A stretch of 63,803 nucleotides of DNA, counting the filler, from an uncultured Methanosarcinales archaeon (GTDB taxonomy: Archaea; Nanobdellota; Nanobdellia; Woesearchaeales; B54-G15): the NCBI GenBank assembly GCA_964519225.1. It is 4 parts of 4 records of this genome, joined end to end, with 100 filler letters (N's around TTAATTAATTAA, not from the genome) between each part and the next. Parts side by side here need not be neighbours in the genome. Positions count along the whole stretch, not along the records: positions 1 to 21,703 come from CAZFJK010000001.1; positions 21,804 to 26,763 come from CAZFJK010000003.1; positions 26,864 to 57,043 come from CAZFJK010000009.1; 1 more part is not named here. The stretch is one strand, 5' to 3'. Below the pieces are notes generated by a model. It made no database searches and was not told where the DNA came from. It saw only the letters and a program-made list of their open reading frames with translations. The translations under genes were made by a program, and so were the position numbers. How positions within the stretch are numbered: the stretch's first letter is position 1; each line of letters begins with the position of its first letter. This document shows, piece by piece, positions 18,628 through 28,182 of the stretch.

Positions 18628-18799
18628 GTTGTTATGTTGCCAAACAACAAAACTTTATAAAGATTATCCCAAAATTAGAAAATATGAATAAATTGTTTTT
18701 TTATAGCTTAGAACGGAACACAAGTAAATACCAACTCAAATTCTTAGCCACGAAATATAAAATCTCACTAAAATATATGTATTTAGCTAGCTAGAGACC

Positions 18800-20095
18800 T
18801 TATGGCTTCCACCTTACCATTGTTCTTGGAAAAGGAATAGCATCTCTAATATGCTTTAGCTTACATATCCAACTTATTAATCGTTCAACACCCAAACCAA
18901 AACCGCTATGAGGAACACTTCCATAGCGTCTCGTATCTAAATACCATTCGTAAAGCTCAGGTTTTTCACCTTGAGCTATCAATCTTTTCTTCAACTTTTC
19001 AATATCGGTTTCTCTTTCACTTCCTCCAATAACCTCGCCATAGCCTTCAGGAGCAAGCAAATCAGTAGCTAAAACATATCTGGGATCCTTATCCCATTCC
19101 TTCATATAAAAAGCTTTTATATCCTTTGGATAATGCGTCACAAAAATAGGGACATCAAATAACTCAGTAAGTTTCCTTTCCTCTATTGTTCTTAAATCCT
19201 TTCCCCAAGGAACTGGATAATTCGCTTTTTCTTTAAGTAATTTTAGAGCCTCATCATAGGTTATTCTTGCAAAGGGCTTCTCAACAGCATTCTTCAGCAT
19301 TTTCACATCTCTTTTCAATTCATCAAGCTCTTTTTTATTCTCCTTTAGAACTTTACCAAGAACATATTTAACCATGCCTTCAGCTAGATCAAGCATTTCA
19401 TCAAAGCACATCCATGCAACCTCGGTTTCTGCATGCCAATACTCAGTTAAATGTCTTGACGTTTTACTTTTCTCTGCCCTAAAACTAGGAGCTATACAGT
19501 ATATTTTCTCTAAGCTAAAAATACCGGCTTCTGCATATAGCTGCCAGCTCTGACTTAAATAAATCGGTTTACCGAAATAATCGCACTTGAATAAAGTTGC
19601 ACCGCCCTCGCACGCAACAGGTGTAAAAATCGGCGAATGAAATTCAAAGAACCCATTTTTCCTAAAGAATTCATGAATCGCCCCAAAAACAGTACTTCTA
19701 ATCTTCAAAATATTTGTCATATATCTGCTTCTTAGCCAAAGATGCCGAACATCAAGCAAAAATTCCTCGCTTTTATCCTTAGTAATAGGAAATCTCTCAG
19801 CCTTATGAATAAGTTTTAAATTCTCAACTTTCAATTCATAACCTGTAGGTGCTCTTGGCTCTCTAGCAATTTTTCCGCTTAATTGAAGACTGCTCTCAAC
19901 AGTAACTTCCTCAGCTTCTTTCCAAACAGATTCAGCTACTTTTGCTCTTTCTACAACACATTGCATTATTCCGCTATAGTCCCGCAGAACAATAAAGATG
20001 AACTCGTTGCTTCCTCTAACTCTATAAGCCCATCCTCTCAAAGAAACCCTTTCACCAGTCTTCTTTTCAGCTTCTTGTATGCTTATAAATTCCAT
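18800..20095 (-). CDS. asnS: Asparagine-tRNA ligase
   Basis: OB fold, RHLWLRS, CEGGATLF, SQSWQLY, FRAEKSKTSRHLTEYW, EVIGGSERE, PHSGFGLGVER. Start set to MEFISI. Confidence 0.94.
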   Translation of the reverse strand: MEFISIQEAEKKTGERVSLRGWAYRVRGSNEFIFIVLRDYSGIMQCVVERAKVAESVWKEAEEVTVESSLQLSGKIAREPRAPTGYELKVENLKLIHKAERFPITKDKSEEFLLDVRHLWLRSRYMTNILKIRSTVFGAIHEFFRKNGFFEFHSPIFTPVACEGGATLFKCDYFGKPIYLSQSWQLYAEAGIFSLEKIYCIAPSFRAEKSKTSRHLTEYWHAETEVAWMCFDEMLDLAEGMVKYVLGKVLKENKKELDELKRDVKMLKNAVEKPFARITYDEALKLLKEKANYPVPWGKDLRTIEERKLTELFDVPIFVTHYPKDIKAFYMKEWDKDPRYVLATDLLAPEGYGEVIGGSERETDIEKLKKRLIAQGEKPELYEWYLDTRRYGSVPHSGFGLGVERLISWICKLKHIRDAIPFPRTMVRWKP

Positions 20096-20192
20096 ATCAT
20101 GGGAAAAAACAGATATATTTAAAAAATTAATCTTTAGTAAAACGCCAGAGAAATTCGAACATTTTTTAAATAATAATTCTACCAAATCAACG

Positions 20193-21059
20193 ATGGAAAT
20201 AATTATTCTAGGCTCTGCTGGATGTACTACAATTCCGCGGCCTACATGTCAATGTAAAGTTTGCAAAGAAGCTAGAGAAAAAGGAATCCCATACTCACGC
20301 TCTGGACCATCTATTTTCTTGAAAGAAATAAATGCGATTTTTGATACACCAGAAGAAATCAAGAACCAGCTAAATCGAGAAAACGTACTAAAGATAGATA
20401 ATATTTTCTACACGCATTGGCACCCAGATCACACATTAGGACTTAGAGTTATCGAAGAAATAAATCTTTATTGGCTAGCCGAATATATAGAGAATAAAAA
20501 ACCTTTAAAGAAAATAAACATATATACTCTCTCTGAGATTATGGAAGATCTACTTGCAATTAAAAACAAGTTCAGCTCCTACCTGGAATATTATAAGAAG
20601 AAAGAACTTATAAACTTGATCGAACTAAAAAACAAGCAAAGCATCATTATAAAGGAAATCAAAATTACACCTATACTAGTAAAACCAACACCATTGGAAA
20701 ATTCGACGGTTTATGTCCTTGAACATAATGATAAAAAATTAATTTATGCTCCATGTGACGTAAAGCCATTTCCAAAAAATAAACTTCTGAAAAACGCAGA
20801 AATCCTAATAACCGGAGGAATTCCAGACGAACCGTTGAAAGATAACTATTTTATTCCAGAAGGAAATCCGCTGAAAGCAGAACTCTATTCAATCAAAGAA
20901 CTGATAAGAATTAAAGAAGAGTTGAAAATCAGAAAATTAATTATAACACACATCGAAGAAGAATGGGGAAAAAGTTTTGATGACTACAAAAAGCTAGAAC
21001 AGAAATATGAAAAACACAATATTAAGTTTGCCTTCGATGGGATGAAAATAAAACTATAA
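20193..21059 (+). CDS. MBL-fold metallohydrolase (PhnP-like)
   Basis: ILGSAG..IPRPTCQCKVC, THWHPDH, THIEE, AFDGMKI. Confidence 0.88.
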   Translation: MEIIILGSAGCTTIPRPTCQCKVCKEAREKGIPYSRSGPSIFLKEINAIFDTPEEIKNQLNRENVLKIDNIFYTHWHPDHTLGLRVIEEINLYWLAEYIENKKPLKKINIYTLSEIMEDLLAIKNKFSSYLEYYKKKELINLIELKNKQSIIIKEIKITPILVKPTPLENSTVYVLEHNDKKLIYAPCDVKPFPKNKLLKNAEILITGGIPDEPLKDNYFIPEGNPLKAELYSIKELIRIKEELKIRKLIITHIEEEWGKSFDDYKKLEQKYEKHNIKFAFDGMKIKL

Positions 21060-21060
21060 A

Positions 21061-21474
21061 TCACACATCAACAACACACTTCGCATAAAACAATCCATCT
21101 TTCTCTTCAATCTTTAATTGACTATAAGTTGCAGCTTTTACTTCAGTTTTAACTTTGTGCTTCTCCACATCAAGTTTTTCACCACAAGCATAACCTTTCA
21201 GATAATGCTCGCTTAATTCAACAATCTCAAACTCAGAAAAAACCATATTTTGCATATCTGCTTCAGCAAGCAAACTGTTCAACCATTCTATGAATAACTC
21301 ATCAATATTATCAGCACTGCATTCGACCTCAACTTTTTCCTTACACTCAACCTTTTCTATATCAACCTCAACATTGAACATGGCTTTAGCAGCTTCTTCA
21401 AAAGCCTCTTCTAGTGTTTTGCCAATGCCAACTACACCAACATCTGCTTCATGTTCAAAATATTCAAATGGCAT
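21061..21474 (-). CDS. Archease
   Basis: YFEHEADVG, EVKAATY, C-terminal VVDV. Confidence 0.94.
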   Translation of the reverse strand: MPFEYFEHEADVGVVGIGKTLEEAFEEAAKAMFNVEVDIEKVECKEKVEVECSADNIDELFIEWLNSLLAEADMQNMVFSEFEIVELSEHYLKGYACGEKLDVEKHKVKTEVKAATYSQLKIEEKDGLFYAKCVVDV

Positions 21475-21475
21475 T

Positions 21476-21703
21476 TTACCAATCAACTATTTGAACTGTC
21501 GGTTTATCTTCAGATTCGTCGCTTTTCCTGTCGCTCAATGAACTAGAATCACTTGAACTCGAACCGAATATAGCACCAAAAGCATCACCTACACTACTTG
21601 ATATCTCGCTTGTTTGCATTCTATCACCTTGTCTGCTTCTAATCAATGCAGAAAGTAACTCAATCACCCTCTGCAATTCCTCAACACTATCTTCTTTTGT
21701 ATC
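21476..21703 (-). CDS. Partial hypothetical protein (5' end cut by contig break)
   Basis: Open frame DTKEDSVEELQRVIELL...QIVDW running to the N linker. Confidence 0.6.
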   Translation of the reverse strand, partial: DTKEDSVEELQRVIELLSALIRSRQGDRMQTSEISSSVGDAFGAIFGSSSSDSSSLSDRKSDESEDKPTVQIVDW

Positions 21704-21803
21704 NNNNNNNNNNNNNNNNNNNNNNNNNNNNNNNNNNNNNNNNNNNNTTAATTAATTAANNNNNNNNNNNNNNNNNNNNNNNNNNNNNNNNNNNNNNNNN
21801 NNN
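21704..21803. other. Artificial contig linker
   Basis: 100 nt: N-run, TTAATTAATTAA (stops in all six frames), N-run. Confidence 0.99.
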
Positions 21804-21855
21804 TGACCTGCTGAAGTTCTTTTGCAAGGTAATGTATATCCAGAGAGGTTAGCAT
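21804..21855 (-). CDS. 5' fragment of NFACT/Rqc2-family ribosome quality-control protein
   Basis: ATG 21855: MLTSLDIHYLAKELQQV, matching the S-x-D-x-x-x-L-x-x-EL N-terminus of NFACT proteins; only 17 codons visible. Confidence 0.55.
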
Positions 21856-22358
21856 TTTATCAGGTGTAAAATATGTTCCAGGGATTGTTTTTTGATCCTT
21901 TTTGATGTGTTTACTGTATATATTTTAAGTCCTCTTTCTTCGGCTTCGATTCTGCAGATGTCAAAGATTTCTGCATCGAGGTTCTCTCTGATTTTTTCTG
22001 CTGAATATCGACGTTTTTTTAGTCTTTTTAGCAGTGTTTTGAGATCGCATTTTGTTACTATGCATAGATCGATGTAGCGTTTATGGAGCAAATGGCTTAA
22101 GTGAGAGTGTATAATCAGGTATTGTTTTTTCTTTTTTGCTTCTTTCAGTAAAGGTAAGATAGCTTTTCTTAGTTTTGTTTCATCGACAACATAGCAATGT
22201 CTTTTTTGGTCATAATAGTCGTAGATTTTTCTTTTTTTAATGAAAGCGTTTAAGTTTAGGATTTTGTATTTAATTTTTCTTTTTCTCAGAAATGAGGCAA
22301 GTTGCTTTGCAATGGTTGTTTTTCCTGTTCCAGGAGTGCCTGTGATTGTGATTATCAT
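21849..22358 (-). CDS. Adenylate kinase 6-like nucleotide kinase
   Basis: ITGTPGTGKTT, SHLSH, RLKKRRYSAEKIRENLDAE. Confidence 0.9.
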   Translation of the reverse strand: MIITITGTPGTGKTTIAKQLASFLRKRKIKYKILNLNAFIKKRKIYDYYDQKRHCYVVDETKLRKAILPLLKEAKKKKQYLIIHSHLSHLLHKRYIDLCIVTKCDLKTLLKRLKKRRYSAEKIRENLDAEIFDICRIEAEERGLKIYTVNTSKRIKKQSLEHILHLIKC

Positions 22359-23998
22359 TTATGTCTGAAGCCGTGGATTAGATGTTTTATTGATATCTTT
22401 TTCCTTGCAAGAGTATGCAGTAGAAGTAAGATGGCAAAAAGAATAGCCATATATATGAATAATGGAATCATGTCATGCATAAGTGTTTTGATGCTCATTC
22501 CGAACAATATAGTTTGTCTTAAAGCTGATTCTGCTATAACAAATGGATTATAAAAAGAAACTTTGCTAAGTATTGATGGCAAGCTTTCTATAGGAATGAT
22601 TACATTCGAGAGAAAGAGAAAAGCACTTCCTAGCGAGATTGTTGCGAGCGTTGCTGTTTCTTCTGATTTAAAGAGATAACCTATTAACATTCCAATAAAT
22701 GTAAATGTTGTTGTTGTGAAAAATAGGATTAGGATGGACGGAAGAACTGTTGGAAAAGAAGCTTTAAAGAGAAGTGCTGCGACTGACAGTATTATTGCTA
22801 TCTGAACAAAAACAAGGAATATGTTTGTAAGATATGTGCCAAGGAGAAATATTATGCTTGGTGTTGGTGTAATGAAATTTCTGAAAAATGCTGGAGAATG
22901 TTTTTCTATCATTACTAAGGTTGTTGAAAGAAGGAGTGAAATGAACATGACTACCAATATGACTAAAGAAGGGAACAGATAAGTAAGATATGTTTTTTCT
23001 GGAATGATGGGATTTATCTTTGTTTTGAATGGTGTTATGATTGTAGTTGCTTTTGTTATTGTGATTGTATTCAGAGCTTGTTTAATCTTATCAAGATAAG
23101 ATTTTACACTTTCGATGTTTGCTGACTGTGCTTGTAATAATGATTTTACCTGGTTTAGATCAGATTCAAGTTCATTCAATTTATTGAGCAAGCCTGGAAT
23201 GTCGTATGTTTGTTTGTTTTCTGGATCTTCAATCTTTTCTCTAATTGCTGATATGCCCTCTGTAATGTCAGTTATTTCATCATAGATTTCAGATTTTGCT
23301 TCGTCAGATATGTTTGCTTGATCTTTTATGTCAGATTTTATGGACTGAACTGATGATGTTATCGCGTTTAATTTTTCTGAGACAACATTTTTTATAGATT
23401 TTGCAATTGACTCGAGAGTTGAGAGTTTTGCATAAACGATGTCATCGCCTAACATTGTTAATGCTTGGGTTGAATATGTTTCTGTTGCTTGGAAAGGTTT
23501 TTCTGCTGATGCTGATGCTTGTCTGATTGATTCTATTGCTTTTAGGAGTTGTTCTGTGAGTGTTGTGCTTAATTCTTCCCGTTTTTCTGTTACTTTTGTT
23601 GAAATGGCATCGATTACTGACCAAACGAGATTAAGTTTGCTGTAATCTACATAGAAAGTAATCTCGTTTTCTTTTTCTTGGGAAATCTGAAGGTTTGGTG
23701 GAAAGATTATGCATGCGTGGATTCGCTCACGCTTAATTGCATTGATGCACTTTTCTTCTGATGGAAATTTTTCAACAGCGAAGTTTGACTGTTTGAGTTT
23801 TTCTAACATTGAGTTTGATATGTCTGAATATTCTTCTGAAAAAACGCCTATTTTAAGTGTATATTTTTCCATTGTGTCGAAGGCTGTTCCAGCAAGAAAG
23901 ATTAGAAGGAATGGGCCGAATATAATGATTAGGGAGCTGAATTTGCTTCTAAGCAAAGTGAGAATATTTTTTTTGATAATTGCATATATTGTTTTCAT
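22355..23998 (-). CDS. ABC-2 type transporter permease with large extracellular coiled domain
   Basis: N-terminal TM, helical ectodomain, C-terminal 5-6 TMs with EK...F.RNFITP and IIPIESLP. Confidence 0.88.
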   Translation of the reverse strand: MKTIYAIIKKNILTLLRSKFSSLIIIFGPFLLIFLAGTAFDTMEKYTLKIGVFSEEYSDISNSMLEKLKQSNFAVEKFPSEEKCINAIKRERIHACIIFPPNLQISQEKENEITFYVDYSKLNLVWSVIDAISTKVTEKREELSTTLTEQLLKAIESIRQASASAEKPFQATETYSTQALTMLGDDIVYAKLSTLESIAKSIKNVVSEKLNAITSSVQSIKSDIKDQANISDEAKSEIYDEITDITEGISAIREKIEDPENKQTYDIPGLLNKLNELESDLNQVKSLLQAQSANIESVKSYLDKIKQALNTITITKATTIITPFKTKINPIIPEKTYLTYLFPSLVILVVMFISLLLSTTLVMIEKHSPAFFRNFITPTPSIIFLLGTYLTNIFLVFVQIAIILSVAALLFKASFPTVLPSILILFFTTTTFTFIGMLIGYLFKSEETATLATISLGSAFLFLSNVIIPIESLPSILSKVSFYNPFVIAESALRQTILFGMSIKTLMHDMIPLFIYMAILFAILLLLHTLARKKISIKHLIHGFRHK

Positions 23999-24945
23999 TT
24001 TAACTTATGAATTTGTTCAAAAACAGATTCGAGTGAGGATTTTAGCAATTTTACTTCTACCAGTTTTTCTCCTGCTGATTTTACTGTTGAAAGAAGAGTT
24101 GGAAGTAAGCGCTCTGCATCGTCAGTTTTTATTGAAAAATGTCTTCCTTTTATGATGAGTTTTTTCACACGTTTAAGCTTAGCAAGCAGTTTTGCAAGTC
24201 GATGGTAGTTTCCTGGTTCTGATCTTAGTAATATTTCTTGATCGTGTTTGAGTGATGTTTTTAGTTTAGAAACTTGGGAAGGAGGAATAATTCTTCCTTT
24301 ATGAATTACAGCAACCCTATGGCAGATGGATTCTACTTCATCCAGGAAGTGTGAGGCTAGGATTATTGTTGTTCCTGATCTGTGTACTCTTTCTATCAAA
24401 TTCCAGATTTCTTTTCTGAGTAACGGATCAAGATCGGCTGTAGGTTCGTCAAGAAGAAGGACTGATGGATTGTGGATTAAAGCGCAGGCAATTGAAAGTC
24501 GTTTTTTCATTCCTTCTGAGAGATTCTGAACTAGTTCGTTTTTTTCAGAAGAAAGTTCGGTTATGTCAAGAAGCACAGAGATATTGTTCTCAGCTATCTG
24601 CTTTGGGATATGATGGAGTGTGCTGAAATATAATAGGTTTTCTTTTACGGTTAGCTTTGGGTATAGGCTTGGTACTTGGGTTGCAAAGCCAAAGGTTCTT
24701 CTCACTTCTTGAAGAGAATTGAAAACAGATTTGTATTCTTTATCGATTGGAGAGTAGAATAAGATGTCTCCTGCATCTGGTGTATAGAAGCCGATTAATG
24801 TGTTTAGCAATGTTGTTTTTCCGCTGCCAGACATGCCGATAATACCGAATATTTCTTTTTGTTTTATCTCGAGATTCGCATTTTCAAAAACTGTTTTTTT
24901 GTTAAATGCTTTCTTTAGATCAATGAATTTTATGGCTGTTTCCAT
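23995..24945 (-). CDS. ABC transporter ATP-binding protein
   Basis: GMSGSGKTT, LSEGMKKR, LLLDEPT, SH. Confidence 0.95.
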   Translation of the reverse strand: METAIKFIDLKKAFNKKTVFENANLEIKQKEIFGIIGMSGSGKTTLLNTLIGFYTPDAGDILFYSPIDKEYKSVFNSLQEVRRTFGFATQVPSLYPKLTVKENLLYFSTLHHIPKQIAENNISVLLDITELSSEKNELVQNLSEGMKKRLSIACALIHNPSVLLLDEPTADLDPLLRKEIWNLIERVHRSGTTIILASHFLDEVESICHRVAVIHKGRIIPPSQVSKLKTSLKHDQEILLRSEPGNYHRLAKLLAKLKRVKKLIIKGRHFSIKTDDAERLLPTLLSTVKSAGEKLVEVKLLKSSLESVFEQIHKLK

Positions 24946-24946
24946 T

Positions 24947-25219
24947 TTATTTTAGCCACTCAACTTGGCATTTATTATTTTTGCAGATGCATTTTCCTTG
25001 ATTGCAATCGAGTGTGTTTGGCACGCATTCAGCTGTGCAAAATATGCCTTCACAGTTCGGTGCTTTTTCTTTTGGAACGCAGGCTGTTGCATGGCAGCAT
25101 TTGTTTGGTACACAATCACTGTCTGTGACGCATTCTTTTTGCTGTGGTGTGCATGCTGCTAGTAAAAATGTGGTGAAGAGCAGTAGCAAAATGGTTGTTC
25201 TTTTCATTTTTCTAGTCAT
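24947..25219 (-). CDS. Small cysteine-rich lipoprotein (eight-cysteine-cluster-like)
   Basis: LAAC lipobox; C-x4-DC...CC...C...C...CT..C...C...C.C...C. Confidence 0.75.
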   Translation of the reverse strand: MTRKMKRTTILLLLFTTFLLAACTPQQKECVTDSDCVPNKCCHATACVPKEKAPNCEGIFCTAECVPNTLDCNQGKCICKNNKCQVEWLK

Positions 25220-25715
25220 AGAGTTCTAGAGTTATTAAAACTATCCCTTCCCTTGTGGATAAAGGGAAGGTTTCGAGTTCTCTGCTTCCTTTGAGCGGTG
25301 GGTTAGCGAAGTTGAAATATGTAACATTACCAATACCTATGGTTAAAGCGTAGTGTTTTTTCCATTGTTCTAGTGTTTCTGAAAGGAGTTGGTCAGTTTG
25401 ATTTCGTATAAAATCGCATGAGAATGTGCCTGAACAATTTATTTGGTTGAGCTCAGAGTTATAGTTTTCGATGCAGTTTTGTAACAATTGAGACATTGTA
25501 TATGGTTCGTTAGATTCGGAGTAGCATTTCGTATTTGTTTTGAGTAATGCATTCAGTGTGTTTGAGGCGAGTTGTGCTTTGAGATAGGTTTCTTTTATAG
25601 TTGGTTTTTCGCGCAGGCTGAATGCTAAGGCGAAAATGATTGCTAATGAGATTAGAATTACGATTACTGCAAGACCTATAGCTTCTGTTTGGGCTTTATT
25701 TTTCATTTTAATCAT
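25212..25715 (-). CDS. Pilin-like protein (class III signal peptide)
   Basis: KNKAQ|TEAIGLAVIVILISL. Confidence 0.75.
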   Translation of the reverse strand: MIKMKNKAQTEAIGLAVIVILISLAIIFALAFSLREKPTIKETYLKAQLASNTLNALLKTNTKCYSESNEPYTMSQLLQNCIENYNSELNQINCSGTFSCDFIRNQTDQLLSETLEQWKKHYALTIGIGNVTYFNFANPPLKGSRELETFPLSTREGIVLITLELYD

Positions 25716-26178
25716 ATTGCGTTATGCTTAGGATTGCAAAATATTTTCCTGTTTGTGTTTTTGCAAGGACTGGAATTGAAAATGTGGATTTTTTTGTGAA
25801 ATTACCATTGTATTCGACCAATGTTATTGATTCATCAGTTATTTTGTTTTCAAGCTTTATTGTGAGTTTATTGAAGCCGTAATAAAGGAGATTTTGCTTG
25901 TCGTTTTCGAGTATGGTCTTTGTTGCATTCATTTTTTGAACGTCTATGCAGCTTCCTATTGGTTCGTTTGGGCAGGCAAGCTCTGGAAGGAATGCTATTT
26001 TTATTGCATTGATTACTGTTTGTTTTTCAAGTATGTCATCTTTAAATGCTTTTATGCTTCTTTTTTGAAAATGCGAATAAAAGACCAAGCCAAAAACAAG
26101 GAGTATAAAAAAGATGATAAGTATGGCTGTTGTTTCGGTTACTTTAATCTGGGCTTTAGTAGATTTGCGGACAACCAT
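25708..26178 (-). CDS. Pilin-like protein (class III signal peptide)
   Basis: TKAQ|IKVTETTAILIIFFILLVFG; LPELAC. Confidence 0.75.
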   Translation of the reverse strand: MVVRKSTKAQIKVTETTAILIIFFILLVFGLVFYSHFQKRSIKAFKDDILEKQTVINAIKIAFLPELACPNEPIGSCIDVQKMNATKTILENDKQNLLYYGFNKLTIKLENKITDESITLVEYNGNFTKKSTFSIPVLAKTQTGKYFAILSITQYD

Positions 26179-26763
26179 TTTGCTCGAGCTGGTTGTTTTG
26201 TTGTTCTATTTGTTGTGCTGAGTTGAGTATAGAGTTAAGAGATTTTGATGGTTGGGTTAAATCGATTTGAGCTTGATTAAGAAGATTTATTATCCCTCCA
26301 TATATGAATTGGCACACTGTCCCTTCTGTTTGCTGGCTTAGTTTTTCTGTATAATCAAGATATATTCTGCGTTGAAAATCATATCTTTTTAGCAATTTTT
26401 TGATTTGGCATTTAAATTGATTTGAATTGGCTGAGAATATTGCTGCATATGTGATAAAGTCTTGCGGGTCGCGTTGGTAAGCCACTTCCGGCCTTGTTCT
26501 AGAAAATCCGTTTGGTGTTTTTTGAAGAAAAACAGTGACATTTTCTCTGATTTCTATAGCTTCTGATTTTTTAATTGCTTGTTCTGGAATTGTAATTCCT
26601 GCAGGATCTGTGAAAAAGACAAATTTTATGTTTTTGTATAGGTTTAGGTCTTTTGCAACATCATTAATTTGATTTTTTTCGATCATTTCGATGTTGATTT
26701 GTGGGGGTATTTGATCAAAGATGTATTGAGCTAGATCTTTTGTTGATTGATCGTAGATGAAAA
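26156..26763 (-). CDS. Partial hypothetical protein of the pilin-like cluster (5' end truncated)
   Basis: Open frame towards the contig end; C-terminal NNQL...GCPQIY. Confidence 0.6.
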
Positions 26764-26863
26764 NNNNNNNNNNNNNNNNNNNNNNNNNNNNNNNNNNNNN
26801 NNNNNNNTTAATTAATTAANNNNNNNNNNNNNNNNNNNNNNNNNNNNNNNNNNNNNNNNNNNN
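26764..26863. other. Artificial contig linker
   Basis: N-run, TTAATTAATTAA, N-run. Confidence 0.99.
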
Positions 26864-27100
26864 ATACACTTCCAATTGCCAAAGAAGTCTATGGAGAAAT
26901 GAAAACTTTCTTTTTTTCCCTACGCGAAATACCCTAAATTCATGATTAATTTTCTCTATTTTTCTTCCGCCCAGATTCATTACGAATAGATCAATATCCC
27001 ATCCATAATTTTCACTTAATCTTTTACTTATTTCATACGCAACAGCTTGTCCACCTGCCCAAATCGGTTTCCACGCCTCGATAATCATTGCAATTTTCAT
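26864..27100 (-). CDS. GT4 glycosyltransferase, N-terminal fragment
   Basis: MKIAMIIEAWKPIWAGGQAVAYEISKRL; ATGA-coupled to the GT9 gene; truncated by the linker. Confidence 0.8.
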
Positions 27101-28176
27101 TTCATCACTCCGATAACATTTTCTATTTTGATACTCTTCATACATTCATTGTCCTTACATTTTTTAATTTTCCCATATTTATTTATTATGCATGGACTAC
27201 ACTGTATTCTTTTATATGCAAATGTACTTTTTTTATTATAAGGCCTCCATAACACAGGTGTATTTGGCCCGAACAAGCCAATTACTTTACATCCTTGTGC
27301 TGCAGCTAAATGCATTGGACCAGTATCACAGGATACAAACGTGTCACATAATGAAAGTAAAGCAGCTAATTCTTTTATACTCAATTTCTCTTTAGCAACA
27401 ACCATATTTGGAACATTAGCTAATTTATAAATTTCTTCACATAGTTTAATATCTTGATCAACTACAACAATCTTATCAAACTTTTTATGTACTATTTTAA
27501 TTAGTTCTGCAAATCTTTCCTTAGGCCATTGCCTCTGTTTTGCTGTTTTGCCTACTCCAGGAGAGATTCCAAGAATTTTTTCACCGTTCTTATATTTTAT
27601 AAGCTCTTTAGCAACTTTCAAATCTTTCTCGCTAAAATATACGGGAAAGAGTTCTTCTAAATTTACATCAAACCCGAGTTTTCTCAAAAAGTCGAGATAA
27701 TTCTGAACGATATGTTGCATTTTAAATTCAACTCGTTCATCGTATAAGATTTTCCTTATCCTATGTGAAAATCCAACTGTTTTTTTAGCAGCCCATGCAC
27801 TAATTAAGGCAGAAGCATTCAGATAAAATTCCCCATCAAAACAAAGATCATATTTTCTAAAAAGCTTTATTAAATTTAAAAAATTCGCAGGAATAACTTT
27901 ATGAATAAACTTACTTCCTTTAAAAACATCAATTAAACTTTTTTTTGCAAGAATATCTATTTCTGCATTAGGAAAGCATTCCTTTACTTTTTTGGCAAAG
28001 CTATGAAAAATAACAGAGTCGCCTAAAGCCCATAATTTAATTAGAAGAATTTTTTTTACTTCGTTACATGACTTTTTTTGGCTTTTTAAAAAAATGTTTT
28101 TAAATAAAAAGATTATAGGAATTAAGTAGCCTATACAGTGCTTATCAATTCGTCGAAGCAACATTACATATTTCAT
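27097..28176 (-). CDS. GT9 (heptosyltransferase-like) glycosyltransferase
   Basis: ILLIKLWALGD, RQWPKERFAEL, DTGPMHLAAA, LFGPNTP..WRP, CSPC...C. Confidence 0.92.
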   Translation of the reverse strand: MKYVMLLRRIDKHCIGYLIPIIFLFKNIFLKSQKKSCNEVKKILLIKLWALGDSVIFHSFAKKVKECFPNAEIDILAKKSLIDVFKGSKFIHKVIPANFLNLIKLFRKYDLCFDGEFYLNASALISAWAAKKTVGFSHRIRKILYDERVEFKMQHIVQNYLDFLRKLGFDVNLEELFPVYFSEKDLKVAKELIKYKNGEKILGISPGVGKTAKQRQWPKERFAELIKIVHKKFDKIVVVDQDIKLCEEIYKLANVPNMVVAKEKLSIKELAALLSLCDTFVSCDTGPMHLAAAQGCKVIGLFGPNTPVLWRPYNKKSTFAYKRIQCSPCIINKYGKIKKCKDNECMKSIKIENVIGVMK

Positions 28177-28182
28177 CTTAAA

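Noticed and set aside
20079..20185. Apparent head-to-head overlap of asnS and the MBL gene
   Set aside because: Over-extended starts; ATGs at 20095 and 20193 leave a normal divergent promoter gap.
21704..21803. TTAATTAATTAA inside N-runs, repeated three times
   Set aside because: Artificial six-frame-stop contig spacer, not a biological repeat.
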